A stretch of DNA of 64,000 nucleotides from an uncultured Planctomycetota bacterium (GTDB lineage Bacteria > Planctomycetota > Planctomycetia > Isosphaerales > Isosphaeraceae): assembly GCA_963823665.1 (NCBI GenBank), contig CAWGMQ010000010.1, forward strand, positions 2,112,001 through 2,176,000, read 5' to 3'. Positions 44,682 to 57,680 of this stretch are shown piece by piece. The stretch's first letter is position 1, and the number at the start of each line of letters is the position of its first letter. The position numbers were made by a program, and so were the translations under genes. The notes under the pieces were generated by a model. It did no database searches. It was not told the DNA's origin and worked only from the letters and a program-made list of their open reading frames with translations.

Positions 44682-45589
44682 CCAGAATAAACGGGGCCCG
44701 TGCTGCTGGGCTTCTTGCTGATCTCGATCGTCGACGGTTCGAGCGTGGCATCGGCCTTGGCCACGATGAGCCCGTCGGTCGAATACGTCTCATCGAGATC
44801 TGCGCTGGCCATGATGAGATAACCGTAGGACTTGAGAATCTCCACGCATTCGTAATGGAGCTTGTTGCTGTGGGTCGAGATGAACACCCAGTCGGCGGCT
44901 TTTCGCCCGAGCAGCATCTTCGCGCCGGCGAGCATGTCGACTTCACCCCCCTGAATGTCCGCGTGCAAGATGGCGAGATGCTCGATCCCGTTCCGCTGGC
45001 AGAAGGGATCGACGGCCACGAATCGGTTGCCTTCTCGATCCGTTCTCTCCGATGACCCGACAAATGCCTGCGTGAAATCGCCGCGGGCGCCATTGATCTC
45101 GAAGTTCCTCTCGCCGGAGCGGAGGTTTTCGCGTATCGGTTCCACGAGGAAGCAATGTGCATTTCTGACCGTCTTGGCAAACCACAACGAATAATAAGCC
45201 CAGTAGGCTCCGAGCTCGAGCATTGTGCTTCCGGGGCCCAGGTGCGGCAGCACTTCGCCGAAAGCTCGCTCTTCTTGCGGCTCGTGCACTCCGCGGTTCT
45301 CGAGCAGCATCTTCAAGATGCCGGCTCCGTAGTACCCGAGGCCGACTACGCGGGTGCCGTTGTGCATCACAACCTGGTCATCGACGAGCTTGCCCGCCTC
45401 CGGTACGCGATCAATATACTGGTTATCGGGACAAGCGATTACATCATCAATTCGTTGTCGCCAGTACTTCGCATCATTGCGCCGGCTCCAGAACGAGAAG
45501 ACGTTGCGAGCGGAATCGATGGCCGACCGTGGCAGCGCCTTCTTGAGTGCGGATTTGAGGATGCTCATGGGCGGATTGGAGGGGCTCAT
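44678..45589 (-). CDS. FkbM-family methyltransferase
   Basis: HEPQEE, MLELGAYWAYYS, LVEP, LHADIQGGE and FISTHS. Confidence 0.7.
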   Translation of the reverse strand: MSPSNPPMSILKSALKKALPRSAIDSARNVFSFWSRRNDAKYWRQRIDDVIACPDNQYIDRVPEAGKLVDDQVVMHNGTRVVGLGYYGAGILKMLLENRGVHEPQEERAFGEVLPHLGPGSTMLELGAYWAYYSLWFAKTVRNAHCFLVEPIRENLRSGERNFEINGARGDFTQAFVGSSERTDREGNRFVAVDPFCQRNGIEHLAILHADIQGGEVDMLAGAKMLLGRKAADWVFISTHSNKLHYECVEILKSYGYLIMASADLDETYSTDGLIVAKADATLEPSTIEISKKPSSTGPVYSG

Positions 45590-45897
45590 TGGGTGCCGCC
45601 TTCCGATAGCGCCGGACGCACGAGCATCCGAGCTCTTAGCACCCCTGTAGTCGGGTCTCGGTCGGCGGGTAAGGCTAATGGTAATTTGAACGACTGCGAC
45701 TGTAAAGCCTCACGGACCGAGCGGGTGGGTTGCGAACTTGTCGCGGCCCGCCGCGCCAAGCGGCCGTTTTGCGGACACAGCTTTCACATTGGCTCCAAAC
45801 TCGCCAAAGATCGCGGCGTGAATGCATTGCGATCTCCCTCACCGAGATGTTACAAACCGGGTACTTGATCATTCCTTCAATTTCGCGGAGTTTACTC

Positions 45898-46218
45898 ATG
45901 CCCTACGATGACACGCTGGTCGTCGGATACGTGCGCCAGACCCATAGCACAACTCTGCTCTCCGAGCGAGAAAAGCACTTGATCGGGCTCGCGGTGACGA
46001 TGACCCGGGGCTGCCAGGTCTGCACGCGGAACCGGATCGAGAAGGCGCGTTCAGCCGGCATCGGCGACGACGTGCTCAATGCGCTTGTGAGCGTTGTGTC
46101 CGCGGTCAACGCCGGGGTGACTGCGGCCACGGCCCGCGAGGGGTTCCGGCTCGCCGACGCTGCTGCCGAAGAGGCACTGTGCGGCGACGTTTGCGCAGCG
46201 GAACCCGGCCGGAGATGA
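45898..46218 (+). CDS. Carboxymuconolactone decarboxylase/AhpD-like protein
   Basis: LSEREKHLIGLAV..GCQVC (CxxC)..ARSAG. Confidence 0.8.
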   Translation: MPYDDTLVVGYVRQTHSTTLLSEREKHLIGLAVTMTRGCQVCTRNRIEKARSAGIGDDVLNALVSVVSAVNAGVTAATAREGFRLADAAAEEALCGDVCAAEPGRR

Positions 46219-46254
46219 AGCCGATCGCGGGAGCACGGCTCCCGTGACCCGTCG

Positions 46255-48657
46255 TCATTTCGATGCGGCGGAATTCGCGGTTGAGGCGAGCCCACCCTTG
46301 CCCTGTGCGGCCGCCGGGCGCTTCTGCTCGATCACCAGTGAATCGAGCTCGGATTGCAGCAACTTCACCCTGGCGAGTGCCGCATCCAGCGGCGCCTTCT
46401 TTTCCGAAATGGCTTTCTCCGCGCCGGCTTTGGCGGCACTTACCTGGGCGTGCTCTTTCTTCACCGCAGCGAGCGCAGTATTCACGCTTTGCAGGGCAGC
46501 CTGACCATCCGTGAGAGCCTTGTCCGCGGCCGCTTTCTCCTGAAGGGCCCGGTTGGTGAGGTCGCGTGCAGAAGTCGTCGCAAGGGTTGCAGCTTTGGCG
46601 GTCGTGCGGGCCGCAAGAGCCGTCAGCGGAGCGGCATTTTTCGCTGCTGTCGCACGGGCCAGGGCCGAAGAAGCTGCCGCCTGCTGTCGTGCCCGCGTCC
46701 GCAAGGACCTGCACGAGCGAAAGGGTCTTCTGAGCCTGTTTTACCAGCTCGGCCGCGGCCGCTGCCGTGGCTTCGGGAGTCGTCGCACCGCTTAAGTGCA
46801 GCAACTGATGCCATCAGTGACGGGTCGTTCGCAGTTCTTATCTGCCAGCGCTTTCTCGGTGGCCGTTTTGGCAGCGGCGAGCGCGCCCGCCGCCGATTTC
46901 TCGGCGTCTGCGGACTGCGCGATCGCTTTCTCGGCCGCGGTCTGGCCGGCCGCAAGCTGGGCCGCCAGTGCGTCGGCAGCGTTCAGGGTCACGCTAGCCT
47001 CGTTAACCGCGGCCGCCTTCGCCTGCTGCGCCTGATCGAGCTGCTGGACCAAGGCAGCCTGCTTCGCTGTGGCCGCCTCGGCCGCGGTCAGCCTGGTCTG
47101 AACTGCCGGCGAGAGCGGAATTCATCGGGGCGATCGCGTTCTGGAGCGGATCAAGCTGCTTCGCAAGCGACTCGAGCCTCGGCCCGAGCGGCTGCCAGCG
47201 TCTGCTTGACCTGTTCGATCCGGGTGGCGATCGGGGCTGGATTGACGGCAAGGTTGGCTAGCCGTCGCCCGTCCTTCGCATCCCACACGCGGATCTCACC
47301 GGTCCAGTCTGCGGCAAAGACACGCGAATCGTCGTGACTGATCACCGCCTCGAGCGCAAGGTCGCCGAACGGCTCGAACTCGCGCTGCTTGCCGCCGTTC
47401 TGGTCCCACAATCGCACGATAGCGGTCGCGCCCGGTCGTCAGAAGCCGTCCGTCCTTGGCGAAACGGACCGACGCCACGCCCGGACCGTGAGCGCCGATC
47501 GTCCGGATGTTGCCGCCGTTCTCCATCTCCCATAACCGCACGCCGCCGTCTTCGCTCGAGGATGCCAGCACGTTCGAGTCCAGCCGCCAGCTCACGTCGG
47601 TGATCGCCGCCTGGTGGCCTCGCAGGTCGAAGAACTCGCGGCCGGTCTGGGCTTCCCAGACGATCAGCCCGTTATTGCGGTCGCCGGTGGCCAGGAGCAC
47701 GCCGTCCGGGCTGAACTCCGCCGCCGTGATCCATTCCGTGTGCTTGCGCATCTCGGTCGCCAGCGAGCCGTCGGACGTGTTGTAGACCCGCACGACCTTG
47801 CTGGGACCGCCCACGACGACCTGGCCGTGGTCGGGGCTCATATCCGCCGCCAGAACCACGTCGTATTCCTTGCCGACCTCGAAGACCCGAGTCCCCTTCT
47901 TCACGTCCCAGGCCACCGCGATTCCCGATTGCCCGCCGCGGCCACCGCCGGCCAGGAGCAGGTCGCCGTTGCGGCTGAATTTCAGCACGTAGATCGCCCC
48001 CTCGGGGAAGGGGAGCACACCCATCAGATGAAAGTCTGTCGTCCGGTACAGGAGCACCTGCTTGTGACCCGCCACCGCGATCAGAGGCGCCCACGGGCTC
48101 GCCGCCATCGCCACGACCGCGCTCGGCTGCGCCTCCGGTACGAACGGCTCGGTCGAGAGATTCTCGGGCATCGCCGGCGTGCCCGACGGTTTGCCAAGCG
48201 ACGCCGGATCGAGCTTGAACTCGAACTTGGGCTTTGTGCTGGCAACCGCCTTGCTGCCGGAATTCTCGAGCGCGCCGCCGGCGATCCACTTGCGAATCAC
48301 CTCGATTTCGGCGTCGGGAATCTTGGGCGAGTTCGGCGGCATCTTGGGCTCTTCCTTGTGCGAGATCACCAGGAAGAGCGTGCTGCTCTCGGCGTCACCG
48401 GGCTCGATCACCTTGCCCGACCCGCCCCCTTGCATCGCCGAACCGTAGTTATCAAGGTTCAGCCCGCCCTTCTGCTTGTCGGGGTTGTGGCACGAGCCGC
48501 AGCGATTGCGAAAAATCGAAACCACGTTGTCCTGGTACGTCACCTTCTCCTTGGGAGCGTCATCCACCATCTCCGCCGAGACGGCACCCAAGGCCAGGGA
48601 CAGAATCGCAGAGAAAACGACGGCAACGAGCTTCGATTGCATGGTCTCGAATCTCAC
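46255..48657 (-). CDS. Planctomycete cytochrome c domain + WD40 repeats + Ala/Lys-rich coiled coil; several frameshifts
   Basis: CGSCH heme motif, GGLNL..PGDAESS..MPP..IRKWI, WD40 repeats; the tail is split over frames at ~47420, ~47180 and ~46700-46810. Confidence 0.85.
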
Positions 48658-48741
48658 AAGAACTGGCCCTCAATGTTGCGAAAAGCTCCACGCTCGACGG
48701 AGGAACCGAGGGCTCATCGAAAGCGCTCCGTGGGCCGTCGA

Positions 48742-51264
48742 TCAATGGTTAAACAGGAATTCACGGCTGTTAAGCAACGCCCAGAAGATGTCTTCAAGCG
48801 CCTGGGACCCGATCCTTGGCGGTGGCAATAAGCGGCGTGAGCTTCGCAAGCTCCTGCTTGTCCGGCTTGCGCGAGAAACAGCGCACGTACAGCTCGGTGA
48901 TCCTCTCTTCGGGCGGCTTCTTGCCCGAGGAAAGCTGTGCGACCAATCCGCCCTGGCGGATCTTGTCGGTGACCGTTCCCCCATTCAGCAAGTGCAGGGC
49001 CTGCGACAACGTCGGCTCCATCTTGACCTCGCAGGAACACGGCGTCTCGCGCGTCGCCCGGCCGAATGTCTTGAGGAAATACGTCGACCGCGTGCCGTCG
49101 GCGATCTGCACAGCCCGCGCCCCCACCGGCAGACCGTCGAACTTATCCTTGGTGTTGGTGACGGCACTGATCGTATCGAGCAGGTTCTCGGCCTTGATCC
49201 TCCGCACCAGAGCATGGGCGAAATTCTTCTCGTCGCTCTCGTTACTGTCGTTTCGCCGCGTCGTTCGCTGATAGGTTCTCGAATTGCAAATGTCGCGCAC
49301 CAGCGCCTTCAAGTTGTACTTCGTGTCGGTAAAGTGCTTGCCGAGAGCCTCGAGCAGCTCCGGATTCGAAGCAGGGTTCGATACCCGGAAATCATCAACC
49401 GGCTCGACGATTCCCACTCCCATGAAGTGGGCCCAGACCCGGTTGGCGAATGAAGTCGCGAACCACGGGTTCCGCGGCGACGCCAGCCATTTGGCCAGCA
49501 CGACGCGGCGGTCCTTTCCTGCCACATCGGGCGCCTCGGCCCCCAGAAACTTGGGCGGCATCACCCTGCCACCGACCGGATGAGTCACCTCGCCGCCACC
49601 CGAATTGAAGATGATCGTCTCGCGATAATCTTCCGCTTGCTTGCGGCCGATCTGCGCGAAGAACGCGGCGAAGCTGTAATAGTCGTTCTGGGTCCAGCGA
49701 TCGAACGGATGGTTGTGGCACTGCGCACACTGCACGCGAATCCCCATGAAGACCTGGGCCACGTTCTCGGTGAGCGGCAAGGTCTCGTTCGTAATCTGGT
49801 AGAAGTTGGTCGCGGCGTTCTTGAAGGTTCCACCGCTGGCGCCGAGTAGCTCCTGAACCATCTCGTCCATCGGCATGTTCTTGGAGAGCTTGTCAACCAG
49901 CCAGTTATAATAAAGGAACATCGCCTTCTGGCTCACGTTGCGCGTGGGGTCGGTGCGCACCTGCAACAGCTCGGCCCACTTCGAGACCCAGATCTCGGAA
50001 AACTCCTTGCGCTCGAGCAGCTCGTCAATCCACTTCGACCTCCTGGCAGGGTCGGTCGATTTCATGAAGCGATCGTATTCTTCCATGGTCGGCGGCAGCC
50101 CGACGATATCGAGCGCAACCCGGCGCAAGAATGTCTCGTCGTCGCACTGGCCCGACGGGGCAATCCTCAGCTTCTTGAGCTTTTCGTTCACCAGCTTGTC
50201 GATGTAATTCGGCTCAGGCTCATCCGCTGGGAAGGTGAATTTAAGCGCGTGCGGCAGCACGATGAACTGCGAGCCCACGGTATGCGTCTCGAACCGGGCC
50301 ATCACGAACGCCTCGCCGCGCTCCCCGCCGTGACCAGACCGCTCGTGCTCACGGGCGCCGAGACGTCGTTATTGGTGAGAAATACTGCCAGGCTCGTCAC
50401 GTCGCGATCGGTGCCGTCGGAATAGCGTGCGCGAACGGTCAACTGCTGGGTCGATCCCTTCCCGTCGAGGACGCACTGCTTCGGATAGAGGTCGACGCCA
50501 ACCACGGCGGGAACCTTCGCCACATCGTCGTTCAGCGCTCCGGACTGGATCCACGTGTGCAGCGTGTTGTACAGCTCGCTCGAAGGCTCGAATCGCTTCC
50601 CTCCAGTGTGGGGAACAGCCCCGGTGGCCTTCTCGAGCAGCGTGCTTTCGGCCGGCACGGCTCGATTGATTCGCCTGCCGACCATCTCGCGCGTCAACCG
50701 GAAATGGTCACCTTCGGGGTCAAACCCGAACAGCGAGATCCGGAATCCATCCTTGCCGCGCGCCGCCCCGTGGCAGCTCCCGGTATTGCAACCCGATCGC
50801 ATGAACACGGGCATCACATCGAGCCGGAAGCTCAGCGGCGGCGAGACAGTCGCCTGCGCGACCTTCACCGGCACGCTGACGGTCTTGCCGCCAAAGCTCA
50901 CGGTGAGCGCCGTGGCGCCGTCGGCTGCGGGATAGAAGATCGCCCCGTCGCGCCTCGCGGGCTTGGAATCAGCCAATGCCAAAGTCGCTTCCCTGGTCAC
51001 ATCCCGCGTGATCCCATCGGCAAAAGTCGCCTGCACGACGACCGACTGCCGGTCGCGCGCGGTCGTGAGATTGATCTCCGACGGGTAAACCGCCAAGCTC
51101 GCCAGAGGCGCGGCTTTCCCCGTGGCGAAAAGCGGTTCTGGTAGGTTCGGCAGTTTGCCGTCACCGGCCAAAGCCGCTCTGCCGGAGACGAGAAGCAGGA
51201 AGCAGCACAGTTGAACCCGGAAATTCGAGGATGACAGAGATATCATCGCGAAGGAGTCCTTCAC
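48742..51264 (-). CDS. DUF1549/DUF1553 (PSCyt2/PSD1) protein with Ig-like (Big_2) domains; frameshifts ~50310 and ~48800
   Basis: GCNTGSCHG, NYIDKLV, FLRRVALD, CAQCHNHPFD, NRVWAHFMGVG and LEDIFWALLNSREFLFNH. Confidence 0.9.
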
Positions 51265-51323
51265 TGAGAGACTGGTCCAGGGCGGAAAGCCCTTTTTACC
51301 ATTCCTTTGTTTCTCAATTCAGT

Positions 51324-53757
51324 TCATTTGCCCGTCTTGGCTTGTTTGGTGTCGAGCCTCAGCTTCTCGAGCCGCGTCAGCGGCTTGGCCGCCGGAGCCG
51401 CCGGCTTGGGCGCAGCCGCAACCGGCGCAGGCGCGGCGGCACTGGGCTTCGGAGGGAGCGGTACGTCGATCCGGAGCGCTCCCGTGCCGATGTTGTGCAC
51501 GATCGGCTCGCCGTTCTGGGTAATCACCACCTGGCAGAACAGGCTGGCGTGATTGCCGGCCGGCGAGACCTTGTCGGTCTTGATATGGAACATCAGGTCC
51601 GTGGTGTCCTTGGTGATCTTCTTTACGTCCGTCGTCACCTTGTTGGGCAGCCCGATCAGGGTGACGGTCGCCTCACCCGGAAAATCGACCGCCTTGGCAA
51701 CCTTCACCGCCATGTCGACCTCCTTGCCCTGCTCGACACTGGCAGCCGTGTAAGCCAAACCCAGGTAAGGAGCGGCGATCGTCAAATTGGCAAGCTGCGA
51801 CGAGACACTGATCGGGCCCGACGCAACTCCCGAGGCGCCGTTGACGACAATCTTCCAGGTCCGCAGCTCGGCGCCGCCGTCCGCGTTCATGGGAATCACC
51901 GCCTCGTTCTGTTTCTCCGGGATCTGGATTCCGCCGCCGGAGCCCACGCCCGGTGGATTCCACGGCAGATAAACCGAGATCGGCGCCGTGAACCCCGCCT
52001 TGCGGATCGCCCGCACTTTCAGCCCCATCGACCCACCGCGCACCAGTGGCACCTTGGGCTCGACGATCTCGATCGTGTAGGGACATTCCTCCGTCACCGC
52101 CACGGCAAGCCGCTCGACTGTCCGCGACCACACGTTGACGTTGTTCTGCCCCAGCACCAGGACCGACATCTGCTCGAACCGCGACGGCACGATCAGCTTG
52201 GCATCGGTCGGCTTACCCGCGACGTCCGCCAGCGTCACCGCAAGTGCGGCGTCCGGCTTGGCAGAGAACAACACCGGAACCACCACCTGGCTGGCGGCGA
52301 TCGTCGGGGCCTCGACCGAAACCCCCGCAGGCAGCCCAGCAACGCTGAGATTCAGTTCGCCGCCGAAGTCGGACCGATTGCCATACAAAAGGATCGCCTG
52401 CCGGTTGCCCTTCGGCACCGCAAGCGACATCACTCCGGTTCCCAGCGGGATCTGTTCCGCGTTGGTCGTCACCACGAGCTGCGGCTCGACCGGTGTCACC
52501 TCGATCCGATACGCATAATCCGGCCCTCCCTTGCCGAGCTGGTCGATCAGCCAGATGGCGTACTCGGCATCTTCGGGGGCTTGAAAGCGGAAGAAGCTGT
52601 CAGGGCCGAACGAGTCGTCCGCGCCCAGCATCGCGCCTCCCCCCTTCTTCCCCAGGTACATCACCGGGTCCAGCGGCGAACGGATTCGCCTCGCGTAGCA
52701 GTGGATGTCGAAAACCTGCCCCTTCGTCGCCTTGAAGATGAACTGGTCCACATCGCCGGGCTTCTCGATCACGCCGTTCAAGGCCGCAGGCGCCTGAAAG
52801 ACCGTCGCGTGCGCCTGGTCCTCATTCGGCTCTTTCTCGAGAACGTTGCGAAAGCGCCGTCAGCCGGAATGCATTGGGGTAGGGCGAAATTCCCTTCTCG
52901 TCCTGGCGCTCAATGCCGAACTCACGGTCGGCTTTCTCAGGAAGCTTGATCGTCGTCGTGACATCGCCGGTCGGGTCGCCAATCCACCGCACCTGCAGCG
53001 TCTCGCCCGGCTTGCCGCCCCCGGGCAGCACAGCCGTCGCTCGCGGGAAGTTCCCCACGTGCAAACGGTAGATGCACGCTCCGTTCCCGGCGTAGGCGCT
53101 CTCCCGCACCTGAATGATGTACTTCCCGTCCTCAGGTGCAAGCACCGAGGTGAACCCGTCGCGCCACACGAGCGCGGCATCATCGCTGACTCCCAGCTCG
53201 AATCGCTTCGCGTTCAGGATCGCAACACAGGGATCGAATTCCGTGATCCCCAGGCGCAGGCCCTCCACCTCCGCCGAGATCCGCTCCCCTTTCTTCGCTT
53301 GCACCACGAAGTAATCGACGTCTTCGTTGTCGGCGATGCCGGTCACCGTCACGTTCATCGCAATCGCTTGAGGAGCCTGGAAATCGTTGTTGGGTTCGAC
53401 TTCCGCAATCTCCTTGAGCGCCCCTACGCTGAACGTGCGCAGCTCGCTGATCCCGCTCGCCGTCCGCACCCGCAGGTCGTGCAGACCTAGCGGGCAGTCA
53501 GCGGCAATCTTGATCTTCGCCTTGACGTTGTTGTCGTCGACTTTCTTGAGCGAAAGCGTCGCGATCCCGCGCTGATAATAAACGATCTCCTGCGCGTCGC
53601 CGAGGCGCGCGCCCGAAAGCGTGATCTCCAGTTCCGTGCCGCGCTGGCCGCCGACCGGACGAATGGCCCCCAGTGACGGCGTGGCCGCGCAGACCTCGGA
53701 CGAAAACGAGAAGTAGAACACGATCGCGACGCTGCACAGCAAGATGCGAAATCGCAT
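51324..53757 (-). CDS. PPC (pre-peptidase C-terminal) domain secreted protein; frameshift(s) ~52830-52850
   Basis: PVGGQRGT, EVEPNN, DVDYF and GVIEKPGDVDQF; sits in the usual DUF1501 operon position. Confidence 0.85.
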
Positions 53758-53798
53758 GAACCTACCTCTAAGTGACTTCAAGCGAGCAGTAAGTGATT

Positions 53799-55109
53799 TC
53801 AAGCCAGCAGGTCCTTGACCACTTTGCCGCCGTCGACGATCTCGATGGGCCGGTTGCCGGGCGCCATGAGCTCCTTGTCCGCGACGATCCCCATGAGGTG
53901 ATAAACAGTCGTGGCCAGGTCCTCCGGGCCGAGCGGGTCTCGCTCCGGCTCGCTGGCCGTCGCGTTCGACAACCCGTAAATCGCCCCGCGCTTGATGCCG
54001 CCGCCGGCCAGCACCACGCTGAAAACCTTGGGCCAGTGGTCGCGCCCTGCATCCTTGTTGATCTTCGGCGTCCGGCCAAACTCGCTCGAGACCATCACGA
54101 CCGTGCGGTTCAACAGCCCCGTGCGATCGAGATCGCGAATGAGCGCGGAAAATGCCTGGTCGAACGGCGGCATCTGGCCCTTCATGCCGGCGACGATCTG
54201 GGTGTGCATGTCCCACCCGCCGTAGTCCACCGTCACGAATCGCACCCCGGCCCCCACCAACCGCCGCGCCAGTAGCATTCTCTGGCCCGCGGCGTGACGC
54301 CCATACTCGTCGCGAATCTTGGCAGGCTCCGCGCCGATGTTGAACGCCTCCCGGGCCTTCTGCGAGCTGATCAGGCTGTAAGCCCGCTGATAGAACGTGT
54401 CCATCGCCGAAATGTTGTCACTCTTCTCACGTTCCGCAAAGTGAGCATTCACGGCATCCAGCACCGTTCGCCGGGTGGTGAATCGCGTTTCATTGATCCC
54501 ACCGGGCAAGTTCAAGTCCTGAACCTGAAACCCCGGATCGGCCGGATCACGCCCCAGAGAAAATGGAGAAAATGACGAGCTCAGGTAGCCAGTGCCGGCG
54601 TACGTGTTCGGCTGGTTCGGAATGCAAACGTAAGGCGGAAGGTTGTTTTTCGGGCCATATTCGTGGGAGACCACACTGCCCATGCTTGGGTACTGCAGCG
54701 CGGGGCTCGGCCGGTAGCCGGTGAACATGTTGTGCGTGCCGCGCTCGTGGGCGGCTTCGCCGTGCGTCATCGAGCGGATGACGGTGAGCTTGTCGGCGAT
54801 CTGGGCCGTCTGAGGCAGTGTCTCGCTGAACTTTTCGCCCTCGATCTTTGTAGCGATCGAGCCCATGTCACCCCGGTATTCGATCGGCGCGAACGGCTTG
54901 GGATCAAACGTCTCCTGGTGGGCGATGCCGCCGGGCAGGAAGATATGAATCACCGAGTCGGCCTTGGCCGTGATGGCCGCATAGGTTTTCTGGTCGGCAC
55001 GGGCCTCGAGCCGGAGCAAGTCGGCCAGTGTCAAGCCGCCAAGTCCGATCGTACCGACCGTCAGGAATCCGCGGCGGTTCAGCGTGTTGCGAGATTGGCC
55101 GATTGCCAT
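53799..55109 (-). CDS. DUF1501 family protein with Tat-like signal
   Basis: NRRGFL, FLPGGIAHQETFDPKP, LARRLVGAGVRFV, WDMH, SEFGRTPKIN and GRDHW. Confidence 0.93.
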   Translation of the reverse strand: MAIGQSRNTLNRRGFLTVGTIGLGGLTLADLLRLEARADQKTYAAITAKADSVIHIFLPGGIAHQETFDPKPFAPIEYRGDMGSIATKIEGEKFSETLPQTAQIADKLTVIRSMTHGEAAHERGTHNMFTGYRPSPALQYPSMGSVVSHEYGPKNNLPPYVCIPNQPNTYAGTGYLSSSFSPFSLGRDPADPGFQVQDLNLPGGINETRFTTRRTVLDAVNAHFAEREKSDNISAMDTFYQRAYSLISSQKAREAFNIGAEPAKIRDEYGRHAAGQRMLLARRLVGAGVRFVTVDYGGWDMHTQIVAGMKGQMPPFDQAFSALIRDLDRTGLLNRTVVMVSSEFGRTPKINKDAGRDHWPKVFSVVLAGGGIKRGAIYGLSNATASEPERDPLGPEDLATTVYHLMGIVADKELMAPGNRPIEIVDGGKVVKDLLA

Positions 55110-55754
55110 CGAGACTTCTCCTTTTGTTCCCAAGGTTCATGAGGCGAATCGAACATTGACGCTGCAACTTGAGCGCCAGTGACTGCAAAAGAATCGAGGT
55201 TTGAGCGAAAAACTCCAGAACGTCTTGGTGGTCCGGTCATTAGGGCGGAATGAGTCGGGCCGTTCAGGCGCGCCGTCACGGGAATCGCGAATTCATGATC
55301 ATCGCGGATAATCACCCGTGCAATCGGTCTGAAGTCGGGAAAGCTCAAGATGCATTGGCACCATAAATCTCGAAAGATACGAATGTTAGGCAGGATTCTC
55401 CAAGCATCGGGAGCGGTTTGCCACCCGAGTACCCAAAGAAGCGGAGAGCGGTTGTTGAGGTCGAAGCAACTCATGCCATGGAGTGCTGGTGCAACTCTCG
55501 CGTGCGTTCGGCCACGATCTACGGGGGCCCCGATTGGAAGTATCGATCCCAGATGTCACGCGGTCGAGCCATTGCGATGGTCCATACATCCATCGAGGTC
55601 ATAATATAACGCCCAGCTGTGAAAGTTGCACCCCTTCTTTTGAGATTCATCGGGATTTCATTTCCGAACGGAACTTCTTTGGAAATCGTGATCGGCACGT
55701 GTTAGCATCAGACTCCAACGACATTTGACCGTCATCCGAGAGGGGGCATGCGTG

Positions 55755-57678
55755 ATGAACACAGCCACCAACCTCGTCATGGGCCTTGTAAGCCTCCTCT
55801 TCTTGGCGGTTTCGGTCGTGCCGGCACACTCGGAAATGACGGAGTATGACGGGCCTGGGCCAGGCAATTCCGGCAAAGCGGATCCGCACTCCTACGGTAA
55901 CCCCGAACAAGTGCAGATTCAGCAGTTCGAGCTCGACCTCACCGTCGACTTCCAGAAGCGGCGGTTGAGCGGAATCGTCATTCTTGACATCCGGCGACGA
56001 GAAGGCGCGCCAGACGCCGTGACGCTGGACCTCGATACCCGCGGGCTCACGATCGAACAGGTCGACGCGCACCGGCTCGACCCGGTCCGCTTCGATCCAT
56101 TCAAGGTGGTACCCTTTCATCTCGGCCCGCTCGACCCGATCCTGGGGTCGAAGCTGTCGATCGAGCTCACGCCCGCCGCGATGCAAGTTCGCATCCGATA
56201 CCACACTTCGCCGGATGCGAATGCGCTCCAGTGGCTCGACCCCGCGCGCACCGCCGGGAAGAAACAGCCGTTCCTCTTCACCCAGTCGCAGGCGATCCAC
56301 GCTCGAAGCTGGATTCCGCTTCACGATTCGCCGGGCGCCCGCGTGAGCTACACCGCAACGATTCGTGTCCCGCCGGGAATGACGGCCGTGATGGCGGCCG
56401 AGCCGCGGCTCAATCCCAGGGAAACGGCCAGGGGCATCTTCCGCTATCGCTTGCCGCAGTCGATACCACCTTACCTTGTTGCGATGGCCGTCGGTGACCT
56501 GGCGTTCAAGTCGCTCGGCCACCGCACCGGCGTCTGGGCCGAGCCCGCCATTCTCGAGGCCGCAGCCAGCGAGTTCGCCGACGTCGAATCGATGCTCGCC
56601 GCCTGTGAAAAAGACTTCGGTTTCTATCGCTGGGGCCGCTTTGACATCCTGGTCCTCCCTCCCAGCTTTCCGTTTGGTGGCATGGAAAACCCTCGTCTCA
56701 CCTTCGTCACCCCCACCATCCTGGCCGGCGATCGTTCCCTCGTCTCGCTGATCGCGCATGAGCTCGCTCACTCGTGGTCCGGCAACCTCGTGACAAACGC
56801 CACCTGGCGCGACTTCTGGCTCAACGAGGGGTTCACAACCTACATAGAGCGCCGGATCATCGAATCCGTCTACGGCCGCGACCGCGCCGACATGGAAGCC
56901 TTGCTCGGCTTCTACGAGCTTCGCAGCGAGCTTCCCCGGCTCAAGAAGGCCGACCAGATCCTCCACATCGACCTGACCGGCCGCGACCCGGATGACGGTA
57001 TGACGAGCGTTCCCTACGAGAAGGGGGCCCTCCTGGTGCAAGCAATCGAACGGGCCTTCGGCCGCGACCGCTTCGACGCATTTCTCCACGATTATTTCAA
57101 CACATTCCGATTCCAGAGCATCACGACTGCCCAGTTCGAGGAGTTCCTGCGCCAGGCTGCTCGGTGATGACTCCGAATCCGCCCGCATCGTCGACTTGCG
57201 GCTCTGGCTCGACACGCCCGGCCTTCCCAAGATTGTTGTCGCGCCCCAATCCGCCCGTCTGGACGCGGTCGCTCGCCTGGCATCGAGCTGGACCGATCAG
57301 TCCACTCCGACCGAAGAACTCCGCGCGGTGGACTGGTCGACCCAGGAATGGGTCCGTTTCCTTCGCGTTCTCCCCGCCAACCTCCCGGTCGAGCGCCTCG
57401 CCGATCTCGATCGCCAGTTCGGCCTGACCCAGCGCGGCAATGCCGAGATCGCCCACGTCTGGCTCCTCCTGGCGATCAACCACGGCTATCACCCCGCCGA
57501 CGCGCGGCTCGAGGCGTTCCTGACCACGATCGGCAGGCGCAAGCTGGTGCTCCCGCTCTACCAGGCGTTGATTGCAACCCCCGACGGCCGTCGACGCGCC
57601 GAAGCAATCTACGCCAAGGCGCGGCCGTTCTATCATCCCATCACGATCGAGTCGATTGATCGGATCATGAAACAATAA
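55755..57678 (+). CDS. M1 family zinc aminopeptidase (leukotriene-A4-hydrolase-like); frameshift ~57150
   Basis: GGMEN, HELAH..NEG (HEXXH-x18-E), PYEKG and C-terminal IGRRKLVLPLY..YHPI. Confidence 0.92.
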
Positions 57679-57680
57679 AA

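Noticed and set aside
46255..55109. DUF1501/PPC/DUF1549-1553/cytochrome-WD40 operon as a novel system
   Set aside because: Its function is unknown, but it is a familiar multi-copy planctomycete arrangement with nothing distinctive here.
55647..57230. 527-aa minus-strand ORF
   Set aside because: Antisense shadow of the M1 aminopeptidase, expected in high-GC DNA.
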